Origin: Camelus ferus
Lineage: Eukaryota
Direction: 5' to 3'
Assembly: GCF_009834535.1 (NCBI RefSeq)
Contig: NC_045696.1
Location: forward strand, 119,786,001 to 119,850,000
Length of the DNA: 64,000 nt
Shown: positions 60,800-64,000 of the stretch, one piece after another
Position numbering within the stretch: position 1 is the first letter of the stretch
How the letters are laid out: every line of letters begins with the position of its first letter
Translations under genes and position numbers: made by a program
The notes under the pieces: model-generated
Seen by the model: the letters and a program-made list of their open reading frames with translations, nothing else
What the model was told of the DNA's origin: nothing
Database searches by the model: none

Positions 60800-62460
60800 T
60801 ATTTTTAATTTTTTGAGGGATTAATTTTAGTCTCTGTTTTCCATAATGGCAGTACCAGTTTACCTTCCCGCCAACAGTGCACAAGGGTTCCCTTTTCTCC
60901 ACATCCTCACCAACGCTTATGTTTTATATCATTTTGAGGATGGCCATTCTGGCACGTGTGGTGTGATATCACATTGTGGTTTTCTCTCATCAGTGCATTT
61001 CCCTGTTGATTAGTGATGTTGAACATTTTTCCATGTATCTGTTGACCACTTAGATATCTTTGGAAAAATATCTATTCAAGTCCTTGCCCGTTTTTAAATC
61101 AGGTTATTTGTATTCTTGCTTGAGTTGTTTGAGCTCCTTATGTATATTGGTTACTAATCCCTGATCAGATGTATGGTTTGCAGATACTTTCCCCATCCTG
61201 TAGGTTGTTTCTTCACTCTGTTTCTCGTTTCCTTGGCTGTACAGAAACTTTTTAATTGAATGCAATCTCATTTGACTATCTTTGTTTTCACTGCCTGTGC
61301 TTTTTGGGGTCATATCTAAAAAAGCATTGCACACCAATGTCAAGAAACTTTCCCCCTATATTTTCTTCCAGGATTTTTATAGTTTCAGATCATGGTTTAG
61401 AATTTAATCCATTGGAGTTGATTTTTCTATACGGTATGAGATAATGGTCCAATTTTATTCTTTCTGCATGTGGTTGTCCAGTTTTCCCAATAGCATTTAT
61501 TGAAGAGACTGTCTTTTCCCCATTGTGTGTTGTTGGCCCCTTTGTGAAAGATCAGTTGACTATAAACATGTGAATTTATTTCTGGGTTCTCTATTCTCTT
61601 TTGGTGGTCTACATGTCTGTTTTTATGCCAGTATCATACTATTTTGATTAATATAGCTTTGTAATATATTTTGAAGTCAGATAATGTAATGCGTCCAGCT
61701 TTCTTCTTCTGCAGTCAAAATGCTCTACCACTGAGCTATACCCTCCAGCTTTGTTCTTCTAACTCAAGGTCGCTTTGGCTTTCAGGGTCTTTTGTGGCTC
61801 ATATAAATTTTAGGATTTTTTTTTTTTTTCCTGCTTCTCCTTAAAACCGTCTTTTGGAATCTTGGTAGGGATTGCACTGAATCTTTAGGTGACCTGGGGT
61901 AGCATGGACATTTTAACAATATGAATTCTTCCAATCAATGAAACAAGGTATCTTTCCATTTGTATGTGTCTCCTTCAATTTCTTTCACCAGTGTTTTATA
62001 GTTTTCAGTGTACAGATCTCATCTCCTTGGTTATGTTTATTACTCAGCATTTTATTTGATGCTATTGAAAATGAAATTGGTTTCTTAATTTCTTTTTCAG
62101 ATAGTTCATTGTTAACGCATAAAAAGACAAGAGACTTTCCTGTGTTGATTTGTATCCTGCAACTTTACTGAATTTATTTGTAGTAAATTTGTGAATTAGT
62201 TCTAATAGCTTGTTTGTGAAGTCTTTAAGGTGTTCTATATATAATATGTTATCTGCAATTACTTCTTCTTTTTTTTTTTTTCCAATTTAGATGCCTTTTA
62301 TTTCTTTTTCCTGCCTAAGTACTCTGGCTAGAACTTCTAGTACTGTACTGAATACAAATGATGGGGGTGGGCACCCTGGTCTTGTGCCTGATCTTAGAGG
62401 AAAGACTTCCAGCTTTTCACCATTTAGTATGATGGCAGCTGTGGGCTTGTCATATATGGT
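60800..62460 (-). mobile_element. L1 ORF2 remnant (antisense)
   Basis: Typical antisense L1 ORF2 text (ttggtagggattgcactgaatct; cttgtgcctgatcttagagg). Confidence 0.88.
61711..61743 (-). pseudogene. Tailless retropseudogene of the 5' half of tRNA-Cys(GCA)
   Basis: Minus strand GGGTATAGCTCAGTGGTAGAGCATTTTGACTGC, between 17-bp direct repeats tccagcttt(c/g)ttcttct at 61694-61710 and 61744-61760. Confidence 0.85.
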
Positions 62461-64000
62461 CCCGCATGGCCTTTATTTTAACATCTGTTTTAGAAAGTGC
62501 TTGGTAAGAGGTTTGAGGTTTTCTGTGGAACGTTGGTAAAATCGGGTGAGATATAAAATTTTATTCCAAGGGGAAAACTCAGTTAAGAGAACGCTTTGGA
62601 TTGACACTTGTATTGTGGGAAAAGATGAAAGATCTGAATTTGTGGTGTTTGAGGGGTTATTAAAAGATGTAAGAAACCAAAGGGATGAGAAATACTAATA
62701 ACCGGTTTATTGAGAGTTTTAGGTTTTTAAACAAGGTTCTGTCACATCCACCTTTCACAGATCTCAGGCAATAGTTCAAACAGGAATCATAGCTTTGGGG
62801 TCAGTTTCAGGTAAAAACCAACTATCCTTTTCAGGCTTTAGAAAGCCCACCCTAGTCTGCACCAAAACTTCAACCTCTCATCCATTTCAAATGCCAAGGG
62901 GCATTAGGTGAATGTGGACCACTCTTTTCTGGGGTTCACCCGGGGGGAACCCTGGGGCAGACCCAGCACCCCACCTGTGAGAGGGAGGCTGAGATCTGCT
63001 GTGCCCCTTGGTAGCTTAACAGTTATTTTAAGCTCTTTTATTTCCATGATTCTTGAAACACATAACATTTGAAAATGCTCTGCGAGGGTTTCAGGATGTC
63101 CTTCCTGGCTGCGGGCTTCAGTTCAAGAACCATCGATCGTGGTTATCATGAACCATTCGGGGGCCTCCTCTGACATCACCAGCCTCCCTGGCTTCCTGTC
63201 TTAAAGACGTGACTTTCCTGTTTCCCCACCAAGAATGTGGTTCCACCTCTTCATAGCTGAGCGCTTCTTGGACTCACAGAATTTCCGAGTCTGGTTTTAG
63301 GTAGAGACGAGGTTGGCTGATATTCCCCTGGGGAGCCCCCTGGCCTCTGGCTGGGGTTCAGGGTCCACTCTTGCCAGTAATTGCTCCATCTGCCAGACAG
63401 TGACCTGAATTTCTGTTGTCCCTGGAGCCTCCCCTAAGCTGCAGTTTTCTCATCTGTAAGATGGGCATTATCAGTCTAGTCCTGCTGCCTTCCCTTGTGG
63501 ACATCAAATGAAAAGGAAAATGTTAAGAAGGAGTTTTTAAAAAGTAAAGCCCTAAATAATAATTATTTATTTAGCAGACCAATGACATGTTTGTTATATA
63601 AAACATAGATAAGAAAAAGGAGAGGATTAAATAATCGGAATGACATTAAAATGGGTTTGGAGTCAACTACTGTTTAGGGGAAAAAGCAAAAGTAAATGGG
63701 TCTCTGTGCTGCAGGACTTCCCAGGGGCTTTGGTGTGCTGACACGTACTGTAAATGTCCCAGAGGGTCACACAGCAGGCCGCCTCTCTCAATTTATATGA
63801 ACTCCTCCGCTTTTTAAAAACAGTAACTTTTAGAACGGGTGCCCCTCCTGCCCAGTATGGGAAAGGCTGTATTGGGTAAGGTTATTGTCACTCTTGTGAT
63901 TTACTCTAGGTGGCCCGAGGCCAGCCCAGTGGAAGTCTCTTCCATGAAAGTGAGGACAGCCGTCTCCTGCCTGGAGAAGGACCAGATGCTCACAGCCGGG

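Noticed and set aside
44300..64000. COLQ exons, expected downstream by synteny
   Set aside because: No signal-peptide exon, proline-rich PRAD or Gly-X-Y coding sequence was recognised; the gene probably starts beyond the window.
1..64000. CRISPR arrays, operons or other prokaryotic/viral systems
   Set aside because: The sequence is mammalian intron/exon DNA; no regularly spaced repeats or intact viral/transposase ORFs were seen.

Overview
Mammalian genomic DNA, most likely camelid (Camelus/Lama/Vicugna), inferred from vic-1-like tRNA-derived SINEs. The window holds one complete protein-coding gene, HACL1 (peroxisomal 2-hydroxyacyl-CoA lyase 1). It lies on the + strand with 17 GT-AG coding exons from ATG 13519 to TGA 44065 (1743 nt, 580 aa, frame intact). 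It starts in a CpG-island promoter that, by conserved synteny, is shared head-to-head with BTD (biotinidase). Only candidate BTD first-exon donors are visible, and 1-13 kb is probably BTD intron 1. The rest is intronic or intergenic and rich in repeats: old and young L1, MaLR/ERV LTRs, MER/Tigger DNA transposons, MIR/L2 and SINEs. I found no wholly new multi-gene system. The best second-look items are: a tailless tRNA-Cys 5'-half retrocopy with a TSD, locally GC-shifted and divergent HACL1 exons 8-9, an SKM peroxisomal signal, a chimeric retroposon under one 18-bp TSD, and several splice/uORF oddities. Comparisons to human sequence and all repeat family names are from memory and need database confirmation.
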